From assembly GCF_009914755.1 (NCBI RefSeq), contig NC_060947.1: DNA of 64,000 bases; one strand, written 5' to 3'. Positions 40,148 to 55,348 of this stretch are shown piece after piece (the first letter of the stretch is position 1; the number at the start of each line of letters is the position of its first letter). Under the pieces are notes generated by a model. It worked only from the letters and a program-made list of their open reading frames with translations. It searched no databases and was not told the origin of the DNA. This DNA comes from the human T2T-CHM13v2.0 reference genome, Homo sapiens. The translations under genes were made by a program, and so were the position numbers.

Positions 40148-42231
40148 GTAATCAATTCTATTATCTGCGCAACAGTAGAAACAATAATTTCCTGACTTGC
40201 TTGGCTTACAGGGAAGGTTTAAGACTAAAATGATGTTTCAGATAATAATTCATAACCTCTAAAACATGTCACAATGAAGTGTCAAAATATCTGGCTGTTT
40301 AGCAATTTAGAGAAAATATGCAAAACAAAATTAGTTTTCTTATTTTAAGTCTATTTTGTTCTAATGAAAAGCTTAAGAAACTGAGAGATTTTGAAAATCA
40401 TGGTACTGAAAACATTCCCTGTTGTGAGATATTCAAATTGTTTTTAATTCTCATTTGTGTAAATGAAACAAAGATGAATATCTGGGTTTCTAACACTTGT
40501 TTCTCTGATACAAATTCTTGGGCTCTTGACACTCCATTGTCAAATTGTTTTCACAAAACCTGCACCTATTCACACTCTTTATTTTATAATGGTAAACTGG
40601 TATCTGATTGCTTTATTAGCAATTAATTTTCTTACTGATTACACACACATATATAACATGCCTTTGCATTTAATAGTTTCTCAAAATTGTGTCACTCTTT
40701 ATCAACTTTTAAACCATTTACCTGGAATATTTTATCTGCTACAATATTCATTATATATTTTCCTCAGTTTTAAGTGTAAAATTATAATTTTCTCTTTAAT
40801 CCATCTGAAATTTATTTTGGTGTAAAGAAAAGGTCTAACAGGTCTAATATTTTACTGAGTAGCTTAACAAATTTCACAGCATTACTGAATATTGTTTTAT
40901 TTTCTGACTAATCAGAGTTCTTTATCATATCATTGAAAGATTTATGTTATCTTTAAATTACAAATAGAGAAAGAACAGTTTTCATTTATCTTGAAATCAA
41001 TTACAGTGCATTGTGATTTTTCTTGATTGGTTCTATATTTCCTGAGCCACTGAATATTCCAGGAAGTTCTTGAGGCCATCACAAACGACTTGATTAATGT
41101 TTTGAGTTTTTCCCATTAAAATTTGGACATTGCTTCAGTGTTTTCTAGTGTTAATGTTATGTCAACGTCTGAGAGCTACTTGATTTTTGTCCTTAAGTAC
41201 ACAAGTTTTGTTGGCTTGTTTGTTCTATTCAGATTTCTACAGAATTAATTTTTTAAGTACCAGGATAATTCTTAAAAAATACATTTGAAACATTTTCTGT
41301 AGCTCAATCTAATGTTCCTCTCTTCAGTTGTGGCTTTGTCTTTGGCAAGCACAATTGTATATAAAATATTTTCCCTCTTTTTTTCCAAATTACATTTAGG
41401 TTTATATACTGATTTTTGTCTTTGTTTCAAACAGATTCATTTCTTAATTCCATCCCCTACAGAGCCCATGTTTCTGGTGTTATTTTTGTTATCAGCACAC
41501 CTGGTGAAACTTTTAGTTTCCATATTAGGTCGTTAGATTCCTTGCAATCTATGCTTAATTTTATTTAAGTTTATTTTACTCTCCATTTTCATTTTGCATG
41601 ATTGTATTTAAAGTCCATCATCTGTAAATTACATTTTGAAAAGTATTCAGAGTAGCAAGGTTTACATGTCATTTGAGAATATATGGAAGTTATATCTTTT
41701 TTCTTCAGCTGTGACATTTTTGAAGTAAATATTTAAGACATGCTAGTTTTCTAAACTGTTGAGACTTTTTCACAAACACCAGACTCTTTTCTCTATTCAT
41801 ACTTCCTTATAAAACAATATATCTAGACACATTGTTTGTCGATCTTTAGATTGTTTCTGGTGCCACTCACTGCCCAAAAGGATTTTGATATAACCCTATC
41901 TTAATTTAAAGCTGAAATGTAGGTTGATGTGTGCATCTTCTGGAGCAATTTAGGGTGCAATCAGAGATTTATCATCTGACTTTGTGAGCTTCATGTGGGC
42001 CTGTCCTGACAGTTCCCTAAAAGACAAAGATCCGTGGTTTTTGCGTTGCATTGCAGATCTTTAGGAGTTCTTGGAGGTGCTCTGGTGCCTTCCAAGGAAC
42101 AAGCAGGAGCCTTAATTAGTGCTGTTCTGGCAACCAGGCTTACATTTCAACCACATGTGTTCTAATTTATAAGTTTAAGTATTTGCTTTGTATATAGAAT
42201 TAGATGCGAATGCAAACAATGTCTCATAGAG

Positions 42232-42389
42232 CAGTGCTGCTTAACATCTGTATCAGTCACCTGGTCAGCTTTTTAAAATGTACTTTCTCATCCTGTGTCT
42301 CTGGCCTAAGGCCAGAATTTTGTAGTTCTAATGAGCTACCAGGTAATGCTGATGGTACAGCTCTGTGGAATACACTTGAAGTAGCTAAG
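42232..42389. mobile_element. MER5A-like hAT element
   Basis: CAGTGCTGCTTAAC..ATCAGTCACCTGG..TTCTAATGAGCTACCAGGTAATGCTGATG. Confidence 0.6.
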
Positions 42390-42448
42390 TAGTCTGAGAG
42401 CCTTTGAGTAATCTCAGCTATGCTATAGCCAGTTGTTATGTATAAAAT

Positions 42449-42819
42449 TGCTATTGTTTAAATGTGCCCTTCTGAAATTCAGGTTTCACCAATTCCATAG
42501 TATTAAGAGGTGGGGCCTTTAAGAGGTGATTAGGCCATGATAGCTCCTCCCTCTTGAATGAGAATTAGGCTCCTATTTATGAAGCTTTCAACAGTACCTT
42601 ACTTTTTTTGCCTGTTGCCATCAGAGAACAAAGTGTCTCTTCCTCTGGAGAATGCAGCAACAAGGTGCCATTTTAAAAAAGACAGAGCAGCCCTCACCAG
42701 ACAACAGAAACATGATCTTGAACTTCCCAGCCTCCAGAACTGTGGCAAATAAATGTCCCTTCTTTATAAATTACCAACTCTCAGATATTATGTTATAGGA
42801 GCCCAAAAAGTCTAATACA
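42449..42819 (+). mobile_element. MSTD-like MaLR solo LTR
   Basis: TGCTATTGTTTAAATGTG..GGTGGGGCCTTTAAGAGGTGATTAGGCCATGA..CTTCCCAGCCTCCAGAACTGTG..AATAAA..CTAATACA. Confidence 0.85.
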
Positions 42820-44011
42820 AGAACATGATGCACACTAGGAGGCACTTTTCCCAGAGATCTCTATGTCTCCGTTCACAGTGCTTTTTGTGAGGAACTATAT
42901 TGTTTTTATAATGCATGGTGTTGCCAAACCTGCTCTTAAAATCCTATAATGTTCCTTACTAGTATCTGTCATTTTCTTGCTTTTTAATATTTTCTTGTGG
43001 TGATTTGTCATAGTTGTAGCTGTCTGTGATCTCTTAACCAAACCTACTGAGTTTGAAGAACTTCATACATGAATTCTCCCCCTTCAAAATTGAAGAAAGT
43101 TACTTTGCATCCTTTTTTAAAGTCAAGTCAGGGATGTACATGTGTTAGACAACCCCAGTCAGATGCAATCTAGCAAGATTCTTCTTCTAAAGGGAGTGAG
43201 GGAAAAAAAGAGAAGTAAAATAAAGATAGTGAGAAGAGGGAGCAGATGCCACTCTCTGGTGAGGATGGTGCTTATAGAAAAGGACATGGGAGATGTCCAA
43301 GAGGGACATGCCATCTACACATTAGCAAGTATTTAAAAACAAACTAGGTTCTACTTTGGAGGTGGAAAATTCTCTAATAAAACAGAAAGAAGCATAATTT
43401 GGATATTGGTCCACAATGCATACCTTCCAAACCGGACCCTCTATTTTGCTTCTCCCACTTTTAAAAATTCCTCTTAGTATTTACCTGAGAAAATACAGAA
43501 TATTTTAAATTAATTCCCTTTCAATGAACATTAGCTAGCATAGTTTCTGTTGTGGGCAATTAACCATCCTGACTAATACAGTACTCCCTAAAACAAATAT
43601 TTAATTTAAACACAAATTGTTCCCTGTATTAAACAATGATAAGATAGAAAAAATAAATTTTTCCTTATGAGGCATACTAATATCATGAGAGAGGGAAGGA
43701 CACTATGAACAGATGAAGAAGTTTTTCTCAATGTTTAATTTTCCAAAGTCTGTAAAAGATAATTAAGAATAAACATACAAAGCAGCAGAAATCACTAATG
43801 GAAAGAGGAAAGGAAAATAATTAGATATATTTCCACATAAAAAATCATATGAGGTGAGTTTCATTTATCTGCCACACTATAATGCACATTTTGTGTTGTT
43901 AAGGTCACTAAGTCCAGGAAGCATAATAACTTTCTTTTTTTCCAATAGTATTGATGAAGTCTTCACTTGCAGTTCTGATCTGCTTCTCTTAAACTGGCAA
44001 AAAACAAAATG

Positions 44012-45757
44012 CTGTAAATATGTCTATGCTACCCAAAGCAATTTACAGATTTAATGTAATCCCTACCAAAATACCAAGGACATTCTTCACAGAAATAGAA
44101 AAAAAACTATCCTAAAATTTACATGGTACCACAAAAGATCCAGAATAGCCAAAGTCATCCTGAGCAAAATGAACAAAACTGAAGGAATCACATTACCTGA
44201 TTTCAAATTATACTACAGTGCTATAGTAATCAAAACAGAAAGTTACTGTCATAAAAACAGACACACAGATGACCAGAAAACAATAAGAGAACTGATAAAT
44301 AAATCCATGTATCTACAGTGAACTCACTTTTGACAAAAGTGCCAGAAATATACATTAGAAAAAGAACAGTCTCTCAACTGTTGCTGGAAAACTGGAAATC
44401 ATTATGCAGAATAATGAAACTAGCCCCTATCTCTTACCATATACTAAAATCAAATTAAAATGGATTAAAAATTTAAATCTAAGATCTCAAACTATGAAAC
44501 TACTACAAGAAAACATCGGGGAAACTCCACAAGATGTTGACATGGGCAAACATTTTTTGAGTAACGCCACACACGCACAGGCAACCAAAGCAAAAATGGA
44601 CAAATTGGATCACATCAAGTTAAAAAGCTTCTGCACAGCAAAGGAAACAATCAACGAAGTGATGAGGCAGTCCACAGAATTGGAGAAAATCTTAGCAAAC
44701 TACTAATCTGACAAGGAATTAATAACCAGAATATATAAGAAGCTCCAACAACTCTATAAGAAACAATCTAATAATCTAATTTAAGAATGGGCAAAATATT
44801 TAAATAGACATTTCTCAAAAGAAGACATATGGATGGCAAACAGGCATATGCAAAGGTACTCAACATCATTAATCATCAGAAAAATGCAAATCAAAACTCC
44901 AATGAGATATCACCTCACCCCAGTTAAGATGGCTTATATCCAAAAGAGAGGCAATAGCAAATGCTGGCAAGGTGATGGAGAAAAGGGAACCCTCCTACGC
45001 TCTTGGTGAAAATGCTGATTAGTAAAATCACTATGGGGAACAGTTAGAAGGTTCTTCAAAAAACTAAAAATAGAGCTACCATATGATCCCTGAATCCCAC
45101 TGCTGGGCATATATCCCAAAAAAGAAAATCCATGTATGGAAGAGATATCTGCACTCCCATGTTTGTTGCAGCACTGTTCACAATAGCCAAGATTGGATTT
45201 AACACAAGTGCCCATAAATAGATAAATAAAGTGTGGTACTTATGTACAATGAAATACTATTTAGCCATGAAAAAGAATGGGATACTGTCATTTGCAACAA
45301 CATGGATAGAACTAGAGGACATTTTGTGAAATGAAATAAGCCAGGCACAGAAAAACAAACATTGCATGTTCTCATTTGTGGGATCTAAAAATCAAAACAA
45401 TTGAACTCATAGACATAGAGAGAAGAAGGATGGTTATCAGAGGCTTGGGACAGTAGTGGGGATGGTTAATGGGTACAAAAATTATTTAGGAAGAATGATT
45501 AAGACCGAGTATTTAGTATTTTATAGCACAACGGGGTAACTATAGTCAATAATTTCATTGTACATTTAAAAATAACTAAAATAATATAATTGAATTGTTT
45601 TGTAACTAAAGGGATAAATGCTTGAGGAGACTGATGCCCCATTCTCCTTGATGTGATTGTTACACATTGCATGCCGTGTCTTTATCAAAATATCTCATGT
45701 ACTCCATAAACATATACACATTCTACGTGCCCATAAAAACTAAAATTTAAAAGAAAT
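44012..45757 (+). mobile_element. L1MA2/3-like 3' ~1.75 kb (ORF2 C-terminal remnant plus 3'UTR)
   Basis: ORF 44404-44706 ([36 protein letters not shown]) and 3'UTR GGATAAATGCTTGAGG..CATTGCATGCC. Confidence 0.92.
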
Positions 45758-47597
45758 TAGGGAGGGCATTTTTCATGTCTTCATATTTTCTTGAAATTTT
45801 ATTATCATTACCAGAAATCAAAAGAATGAAGAAAATGGTGGAAATATTTCTAAAATAATAAGCAATAAATGAAATGTAAAGAAAGGATAAAAGATACTTA
45901 TTATAGTCATAATTTACTCATCTTAGGTACAATTTGTTTTCCTTAAATCATGTATGAGAAATTAGGGTGAAAGGAAATTATAAACACATATATATTCTTC
46001 CTTTTCAAGGTAGTAATTGGTTATTAAAATCTTCTCTAAATCCCTGAACTCTATTAAGCATCTAAGAAAGATATTATTTAGAGCAAAAATTCTACTAAGG
46101 ATGTCACCTTTGTGAGAATTATTTCTAATCTAAAGCTGACACATAACTGGACATTTCTCAAACTAGAAGAAATTACAGGAAAATATCCATCTATGCATAT
46201 CTGTTACAGTTTTTTCAAGTTAACTAAGATTTTAAAATTTAACAAAATTTCACTTTCCATACTGTATTATTTTTTATATCTTCTGAAGTACACAATCTGT
46301 TCCATTATTCTAGAAGTGTCTTAGCACTTTTTGATAAATAAGAAAGATGCAAAATATATAATTTCATAATCTACACTTACATATCACATTTTATATTTTT
46401 ATATCTGACTACTCCTTTTAAGAAGTACTTCACTGATAATATTCCATAATGGCACTGTATGAAATACATTGCAACACCAGTTCCTCTATGAATTCTGTTC
46501 ATTGATGACTTCACTTAAGAAAGGTTTGTGCTTAGTGGACAGTATTACATAAATAATCCCTCTTAACATCTCTCTTTGCAGAAGACCCACATGAAATTCC
46601 ATCTTCAGTTTAAAGACTAAGTTCTGGGTTCAGAAACATTCTTACCCAATTTAAGAAACTATATTCAAGGGGAAAATTATGGGGTGTTTTTCTCAACTGA
46701 GGTCAAAGCTTAGTCTTTGGCTATCTAGAAATAGGATAGAAACATCAACCACCAGAAAGAAAGAAAATGTTCACAGGGAGAACTCAGAGTGAAATATGAT
46801 TTCATCTTATGGACATTTGAATGGGTGCTTTTGTCTTCACGCCTTTAACTAAAAGCACTCACACTTAAAAGAATGAGAGCACACTTCTTACTTCTTGGAT
46901 ATTTTATTTCTACTAGGATGCTGAGTAGCAAGTGGAGGTTCAATAAATGCTCACAAAACGGGCAGAAAAAGCTTTATGGCTTCATGAAACTGTAATATAG
47001 AGGCTTCTTGGTCACTGAAAGGCAAATAAATATAGATCTAAAAAGTACATATATGCTTCCCCAAGAAGAAATCTGTCAATTCTTATAGAATGAGACACCG
47101 ACTATAATAAGTACTCTCTTACTTTTTACTAATGTTACTTAAGTGGTAGAAACAAACTATGAAATGGCACATCTAAAAGATATTTTTTTCCTAAGAATCT
47201 TTTATTTATTAAAGAAGTTCTACTAGTAGTTTAATAGGCTTATTTTAATTCATTAAAAGTATAATGTAAGTAAAATACAGAGCAAAAAAATCAAGGTTTT
47301 GAATTTTTAAAGGATTAATCTAATAATGGATAAAATTTTCTAATGTCTATACTTTTAACTTCAAATTGTAAAACTATAAATTAACTAAATGTTATTTCTC
47401 CCTTAAGTCTTTGTTTCCAATTAGGTAAGATTTTTCTATTTTTTCTGTCTCATTTTACATTGTAACTTAAATGACATATCATATTCTCTCTTGTAATATT
47501 GTCACTTTTGTATTAATGTTATTCTGCTACTAAATGATCAGTTCCATGAAGGCATGCTATAGATCTCATTATTTGTCACAAGTTTTTATTACCTGTT

Positions 47598-48071
47598 TGC
47601 GATAGATTCCATCTATATCCATGATTCTTCACCCCTCCCTGTATCTACACCCATTGCTATGTAACTTTGCATTTCCTTCCAGTCATAGGTAAGGTAACAG
47701 GCCTGCCAATTGACATTGAGCTCAACTGTAAGACTTGCTTTAACCAATGGGGAACTATCAGACATGGTGCAAGTGGAGGTTTAAAACAGACTTGCACATG
47801 GGCTTTGCTCTCTTTTGTACCTCTACCATTAACATAAAAACATTCTCAGGTTTGTTTGCTGAAGGATGAGGGGTGTGTGGAACACAGCTGGGTAACCCAA
47901 ATCATCAAGGTCAACCTAGTTAAAGTGGTCATCAGCTGACCCTAAGACATGTGAGGAAGTTCAGCCAATCCCTACCTAGAGAACTAAATACTGAAGAAAA
48001 ATAAGAACTCTATGTTTCGAGTTACTGAGTTTTGGGATGGTTTTTATAAAGTCACAGGTAATAGATCTACA
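47598..48071 (+). mobile_element. MLT1H-like MaLR solo LTR
   Basis: TTCTTCACCCCTCCCTGTATCTACACCC..GACTTGCTTTAACCAATGG..ACTGAGTTTTGGGATGGTTT. Confidence 0.7.
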
Positions 48072-49319
48072 CTAGAATAGTATATCTATTGGTATAATAT
48101 ATTGTAAACAATATGTGCTCCAAAAATGTGGAATTAAAAATACTTTATTTTGAAAATTTATCTTCACAGACAACAAAGAAGGTATAACTAAAACAGAGCC
48201 ACCAGACTGAATGAAAAATTTGCATTTGAATATGTTTTCTTTAATCAGTTTCCGGTACTATATAATATAGTATAGCTCAAGCACATTCAACTACAGGGAT
48301 ATCCAAATGACCCAATAAGATCAGAGTACTCCAACACTTTGGATATGCTGACAGATTTGTGTGTGAGTATATAACCCACTAAGGGCCATATAAAATTTTT
48401 ATTTAAATTTCCTTTCCATTTTTGAGGTTTTAAGAAAAGGGAGAAGTATAACATATAGATTCTTATAGTAATTTTTCTCTCTTCAAGGGAGATTCACCAA
48501 TAAATCAGAGATACAAAGTATGCTCTCAGAAAGCTGTTTAGTCATTTAACAATATTAGCATAAATTTGACTATAGTACAAGAGAGAATATGATGTGTCAT
48601 AGTGTTACAAGGCACAATGGGAAGAAGTAGGAGAAAATTACAATGTACAAAGATAGTCAGTGGGAGTAGAAATAAGAGACACACAGAGAAAAAGACTTAT
48701 TATTTTATTTGAAGCACTGTATGAAGCCTTGCCTGAATTCTGTTTTAAGTTTTTAGGCTAATACCTCCTTTATATTTTTTTTTATGAGCTAGCTAGTAAG
48801 TGATAAGTATTACTGAACAAACAAATGGATGATTTTCATTAAAATCAACATAGGTCATAGTCTCTATTCTTTATACCATAGCCAGTTGACAGTATATTAT
48901 ATGCCAGACTATAGTGCAAAGTGCTAGTCTCCAGCCAAAGTTTCAAATTCAATCTCTCTTTTCCACAAGAAGAGGTAAACAGGGAACAAGTAAATTTTAA
49001 TTTAAAAAAAAAAAGTTGGGAAACGTAAAAAGTAAAAAGCCCATAGTTCAGTCCCAGGGTAATAAACCATACAGACTGATGCAGGGACCAGCAAAGCATG
49101 TGGGAAATAATACAACACGGTGACTTTACAATCTCGTTATACATGAAAACGTTATAAATCCCATAAGATAACTAAGAAAGAATGCAAGGTTACATATTTT
49201 AAAGGCTCTATTTTTGTACAAGAGAATATGATAATTGTAGGCTCTTAGTTTAATGGGAGATAAAAATAAATAAAATATAACTTGATGTGTGCTACATATT
49301 GAAACATAAATATAATATT

Positions 49320-50285
49320 AGATCTCAGCACTCAGATCTTGATTTCTAATACCATGCTCCTATAAAATACACTGAGGACTCTGGGAGACATTGCTCATTC
49401 TAGTAGGTCTGGAGTGGGGAATATGAGTCTGGAGATATATGGTAAGTTAGTGCCCCACACATACACACATGGATATGGGTATGTCAAAAGGACACAGGAG
49501 CCAATGGGCAAAAGTCTTGAATAATTTGTGAAGCAAAATAAAAAATATATTAGATTATAAACATAAAGAAAATATTCATAAGTCATGATATAAATTATTG
49601 AATACATAATGGGAGAGTAGACAATAGCTCATGCAGAATAATTCCAAATAATTTATGCAGATATTTTATGTTAAAAAAGGTAGAGCATAGCTCTTCATTC
49701 CTTAAGAGTGGGCTGTTCATTGTGACTTCCTTCCAAGGAGGGCAATATGGAAAGGATATAAAAAATATAACTTTACAGTGGAAAAACCTGACAAGCACTT
49801 TCCACCAGGTGACTAAGGGCAACGTCAACAGTGATAAGTCATGCTTGATAGCATGTACCCTTCATATGATGTCATAAAAATGACACTTTACCTGTGATAT
49901 CACCCATAAAAACCCTAATTATGAAAAAAAAGTAAGACCAATTTCAATTGAGAAACATCCACGAAATACATAACCAGTATTTCTCAAAACTCTCAAGAGA
50001 ATAAAAAATAAGAGAGGTCTAAAATTGTCACAGCCAAGAGAAATCTAAAGAGATATGGACAACTAAATGTAATATGGTATCCTGTATGGGATCCTGGAAT
50101 GGAAAAAGATAGTAGGGAAAAAGCTGAGAAAACATGGAGTATGAATGTTAGTTGATCATTATGTATTAATATTGGCTCACTATTTGTTACAAATGTACCA
50201 TACTGGTATGTTAATAGGGGAAATTTGGTATGAGGTTTATGGGAACTCCTTGTACTACAACTTTTCTGTAAATCTAAAATTGTTC
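49320..50285 (+). mobile_element. L1MC (L1MC3/4-like) 3'UTR
   Basis: GCACTCAGATCTTGATTTCTAATACCAT..GTCAAAAGGACACAGGAGCCAA..CAACTTTTCTGTAAATCTAAAATTGTTC. Confidence 0.78.
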
Positions 50286-50295
50286 TCTCCTCTCT

Positions 50296-50402
50296 CTATA
50301 TATAATGTATATACATGTATACATATACATATATGCATATATATGTATATAGCTTTCTCTCTCTCATACACACACATATATATATGTATATACATATATA
50401 CG

Positions 50403-50463
<61 letters not shown>
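50296..50463. repeat. Compound (TA)n/(CA)n/(TG)n microsatellite
   Basis: Alternating purine-pyrimidine tract ending in (TG)~14(TA)~12. Confidence 0.92.
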
Positions 50464-50464
<1 letters not shown>

Positions 50465-50929
50465 AATGATACCAAGAAACCCCAGAAGAATGTGTGGTGT
50501 GTAACCATCTACCTATCTACCTGAGGAGGGGTCAGGACAATAAAAATCTCTGAGAGGTGGCAACATTTGGGTTTGGCTTCAAAAGAGAAATTGGAACTTG
50601 TTAGACAAATAAGGGGATTGAAGGCAGAAGAAAGAACAAGAATTGATGTTTGGAGGCAAGTGAAGTCGTGACGTGTTCAAACAAAGAGGACAAATTCACG
50701 GCCACCAGATAGAGTTGGGAGAATTTTGTGGCTAGAATACAAAGGCTTTGCATACCATGATAAAGAGTTTGGATTTTGTTTTGGAGACAACAGACCCCAC
50801 AGAGATGCTTAAGCAGGAGTGGAGTCTGTATTTGGCTTTAAGGACAGTAACCATAATCACAATGGAGGAGATGATATGAGGATACTGGAAGCTGGAATCC
50901 AATTAGACATTTCTACTGTCTCCTGAGTA

Positions 50930-51058
50930 GATATTTGAGGGGATGGATATATTATTTATCTTGATTTAATATTCTATACTATATTCATAAATCATAACAT
51001 CACATTGTACCCCACAAACATATGTAACTACAATTTTTCAATTTACAAGTAAAAAATA
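50930..51058 (+). mobile_element. L1MA 3' terminal fragment, within L2-like sequence
   Basis: TTTGAGGGGATGGATAT..ATCATAACATCACATTGTACCCCACAAA. Confidence 0.7.
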
Positions 51059-51439
51059 CAGAGGATGTCAACTACAGCAGTAGCAATAGGCTAGATTTGG
51101 GAGTGATTTCATCAGTATCATCAGTATTTGGTAGCAACCTGATTGTAAAAGGTGACTGAAAAGTAACCCAAAAAAGATTCTACATTCCCCAGTTTAGATC
51201 AGCAGGTAGATAATATTGTTCTTTAGGGTAAAAAGGAGGGCCAAGATAGTTTGAAGTTATAAGAAAAGGAATAGAAGAGAGATGACAAAATCTCAGTATG
51301 ATAGTGAAAAAGCTTAGTTCACATGCATTTCGATTTTTATCACCCATGTTTGTATTCCTTCCTATTGGATGACATTCATTTCTTTTTTAGTATAGATATG
51401 CCTGTAACTAACGAAGTAGAACAGTATCTTGGTTAACTA

Positions 51440-51650
51440 TTAGACTGCATTGGCTTACTTATTATCATGTCATTACTAGCTGTGTAACCTAGGGTTTGTT
51501 ACTTTATGTCTCAGTGTCTCACTTTTCTCATCGTTAAATAGATAAACTTTCATGGGCTGCTGAGATGACTGACTGAATTACTTCGGGTAAATCATATATA
51601 ACATTGCCAGGAACATACTAGTTGCTCAATGGACATTATTCATTACTACT
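51440..51650 (+). mobile_element. MIR
   Basis: ACTAGCTGTGTAACCTAGGG..GTGTCTCACTTTTCTCATC..GTTGCTCAAT. Confidence 0.65.
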
Positions 51651-51915
51651 TCATGTCATATTTTTGGCAGAGAGGAGGATCAAAGCAGTGAGTGACATTA
51701 AAAAACATTTTTTACAATGCTTCATAATATAAAATGTACTGCTAGATACATGGAACTGTTAACTTTTTTCCCAGTAGCCATATTTGAAATGCATGATAGG
51801 TTGTAGTATCTCCAATTTATAGGCAAGGAAACTGAAGCTCAAAGCACTTAACATACTATTCCGCCATGTAAAAGATAGTAAATTACTAGGCCTGGTGGAG
51901 ACCTTATGCCTTGTC

Positions 51916-52035
51916 TTTTTTTTTTAAAATATTTTTAAATTTTGTGGGTACATAGTAGGAGTATATATTTATGGGGTACATGAGATATTTTGATGCAGGC
52001 ATGCAATGTATAATAATTACGTTATGGTAAATGGC
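51916..52035 (-). mobile_element. L1MA 3' terminal fragment
   Basis: TTTTGTGGGTACATAGTAGG..TATTTATGGGGTACATGAGATATTTTGATGCAGGCATGCAATG. Confidence 0.85.
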
Positions 52036-52238
52036 ATATCCACCCCCTCAAGCTTTCCAGCATTTTTTCCATGTCAGAATTTTGCCTGTTTTCAGTGATT
52101 GAAATATATTAGAGTGCATCATTGATACATGTGTAAGCAGATATAGGTACGGATTTTAGCTTTGTCCCTTATCTGAATGATTCTGGAGGAGTTACTTCTC
52201 TAAACTTGGGTTAATCAGAATTATGGGATAATATTTGC

Positions 52239-52549
<311 letters not shown>

Positions 52550-53649
52550 AATGCCTTTTAAGGCATTTAGCCACTAATTAAGACAATGCATATAAAGCAC
52601 TTGACAAGTGGTTGGCATATGGGAAGGATTATTTATAATCTAGTCCTTATTATTCTTATGCGAGTCTTCTAACATAAACCTTAGTCTCTATGGAAGCACA
52701 TTAATAGGTTTTCTGCGAAAGGAAAGTAGCTTAGTCCTGAAAATAAAGTATTGTTAGTTCACTATCTGATGCATACAATATCTTTCACAGCATTAATGTT
52801 GTGCTTTTAAGTGTCCAGCCAGGTATTCAGATTTAGCTATGATAAATCATAATTGTTATCATCCCTTTTATTGCTATTATTATATAGCACAAAAATTATG
52901 GATAGCTTTTACTCAGGAAAATCACCATGAACATTGTGATCACAAGCTGTAAAGTACAAGGCTTCCAATTTTATACTTCAAGAAAACAGCAGGAAAGCCA
53001 CTTCGGTTCATTAGCTTTCAGTTTGTATCACTAGGCACTTTGCCATATTCTCACCCTAAATTATCTTACACTGATGAGATGCCAGCTTAGAGCTGGCATT
53101 TTATGTATTATAGTTATACTTATTTCAGAATAATACAGACTACTTTTATTCCAAAAGATCTAAGACTTATAGAAGTAGGGTTAATTTTATGATTTCAACA
53201 ACCATCAATAAGTACACAAGTTAAAAAGCTTAAAGCAAAATAGATTAGCACACAGTATATTTTTTCTGTTGATTTATTAAAGATATGTGGTGATCATTTT
53301 TTACATGCCATGTATTATGCTACTAATTATCTCAAAGATGTCTAAGATGTGTACTGAAAGGGTTCATCATCTAGGTATGAAAACATAAATAAAAGTATAG
53401 AGCGAGTATGACAAGGAGAGGAATTAGAAAAATCAACTTGGTTTATATAGGAAAAGGGTTTTTATATGCCTCGATATTGGATTTGAATGCATTAGAGGAG
53501 TTTTGTTTATTTTTTGTTTGGTTTTATTTTGCTTTAAAAGCAGGATGAGTCTTACATGACTTTAATGACTATAACAAATGACACAATTAACTGTTCTCCT
53601 TGTAAATAGAATGCGTAGTGATTTTTGTGATAGTGCATGATGATAATGA

Positions 53650-53870
53650 CGGCTATTGATGTTTGAGTCCTCAGTATGTGCCAGGCACTGTTCTTAGTGA
53701 ATCATTGTATCATTGGACTTCCTCAACAACCCTATGAGATTTGTACCCTTAATATACTCATTTTACAGGTGGGTAAACAAATGATTTGATGATTGAATAC
53801 ATTGCTTAAAATCTCACAACTAGGAAGTAGGGAAGTCAGGATTTAAATTCATGAAGTAAAATTCCTTCAC
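53650..53870 (-). mobile_element. MIR
   Basis: TATGTGCCAGGCACTGTTCT..CAACAACCCTATGAG..CATTTTACAGGTGGGTAAAC. Confidence 0.78.
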
Positions 53871-54502
53871 TGGGGTTAATATTCTGGTGGATAGAGAATC
53901 CCTTCCTAAATGAGTAAACACAAATGTAGGAAATTAAACAAACCCCAAATGCTATGCTTTCTGAACTTAGAGTTGATTACACAGGAGATCCAGATGGCCC
54001 TGGATCTCCTTATTTGTTCCTGGATAGGGAGAAGGAATATGATTTATCCCATTTCTTCTCTTTTTATCTCCATAAGTCTAGTAACAGACACAAGAGTAAC
54101 ACTTAGGTTGTACTAGGCTCATCTAATACCTCTTTATCTGGACCAGCATTTACCCTAGGTCTTTCATAAATTACTACTTTCATAGTCTATTTATTGGTAT
54201 ATGTAAAAATAAAGTTCTGTTGTAAACAAGCTTTGGAAGTAGTGGGAAATAACCAGTTTAACATGCCTCCTCCAAGCAATATTTCTCAGAACCTTTCCTA
54301 CACATTGTGAATTACCAATAGAAGCGATATACTATGCAGTATTTTCTAAATTTACTTAACCAAAGTAAATGTCATTTTTTAATGGGCATTTCATGTGCCT
54401 ACTGTTCTGAGACACATTTTGGGGAAGACTCTTCTAGAAAGTTCAATATAATTTCAAAACATAATAATCACAGAAAGAATTCATATTGCTCTCTCACTCG
54501 CT

Positions 54503-54537
54503 CTCTTTCTCAGGTAAATCTCTTTCTCAGGTAAATC
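54503..54537. repeat. 17-bp tandem duplication
   Basis: CTCTTTCTCAGGTAAAT occurs twice. Confidence 0.75.
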
Positions 54538-55348
54538 AGGTGTCTTTCTATAGGCCTTGTTGCTTAGCTACAAAGTAACCAGGAAAGCTTAATGAAACAT
54601 CTGAAAATCAAATTATCAAAGTACATTATTCCATTATATTATAGAGAGAGTCATTTGGCTTTTTTCATATTAGGAAGAGTCATATTCAAAACCTACAAGG
54701 TAATACAAGCCATCTGATAACTTAATTAAATAAGCATTAGAGCACATTTTGGGAGCACTCTATTGTAAATAACAGAATTGACAACCATGTTATAGGATCT
54801 ACATGAACTATTCCTGTAAAAGTGTCTCCCTAGAGGATTTCAAGTAGATACTTATTCAAATACCAAATAGCACACATTTTCTGAAAGAGGAATAATACTA
54901 TCAGAAGCTTCTATCTTGCATGTAAGGTATGAATTATTTGTTTCCATTAACTTTTCTTTTTAAACTTGTCAGCAATGTTTCCTTCTTGAAAAATCTCATA
55001 GTTTCTACAGAGATCATTCAGATTATCTTTTTGCTAGTTTAAAAATTTCCCCACATCCAGTATTGACATAATCTCTTACCTCAGTAACTGACACAAACTA
55101 GGTACCTAATATTTATTAAAATACTGTATTGATTTGTACTTTTCCCAGAGGAAGGAGAACCTTCATTCACTACTACTAATCTAATAGATTTTTCTTTTCT
55201 GTTTACATTACCCTTTACTAAATTCCCATACCTCTTAATGCCTGTCAAAGTGATTCTTCCTCCTTTACCTTCAGTAGTATTGCTAATAATAGCTTTCAGC
55301 TTCTACCTGTAGTCACCATCATGACCAAATTTGTTTGAATACCAGTAC

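Noticed and set aside
50145-50524. ORFs rich in YI/CV/TH repeats
   Set aside because: Translations of a dinucleotide microsatellite.
54140-54430. Possible ancient hAT (MER102/103-like) element
   Set aside because: Too diverged to assign by eye.
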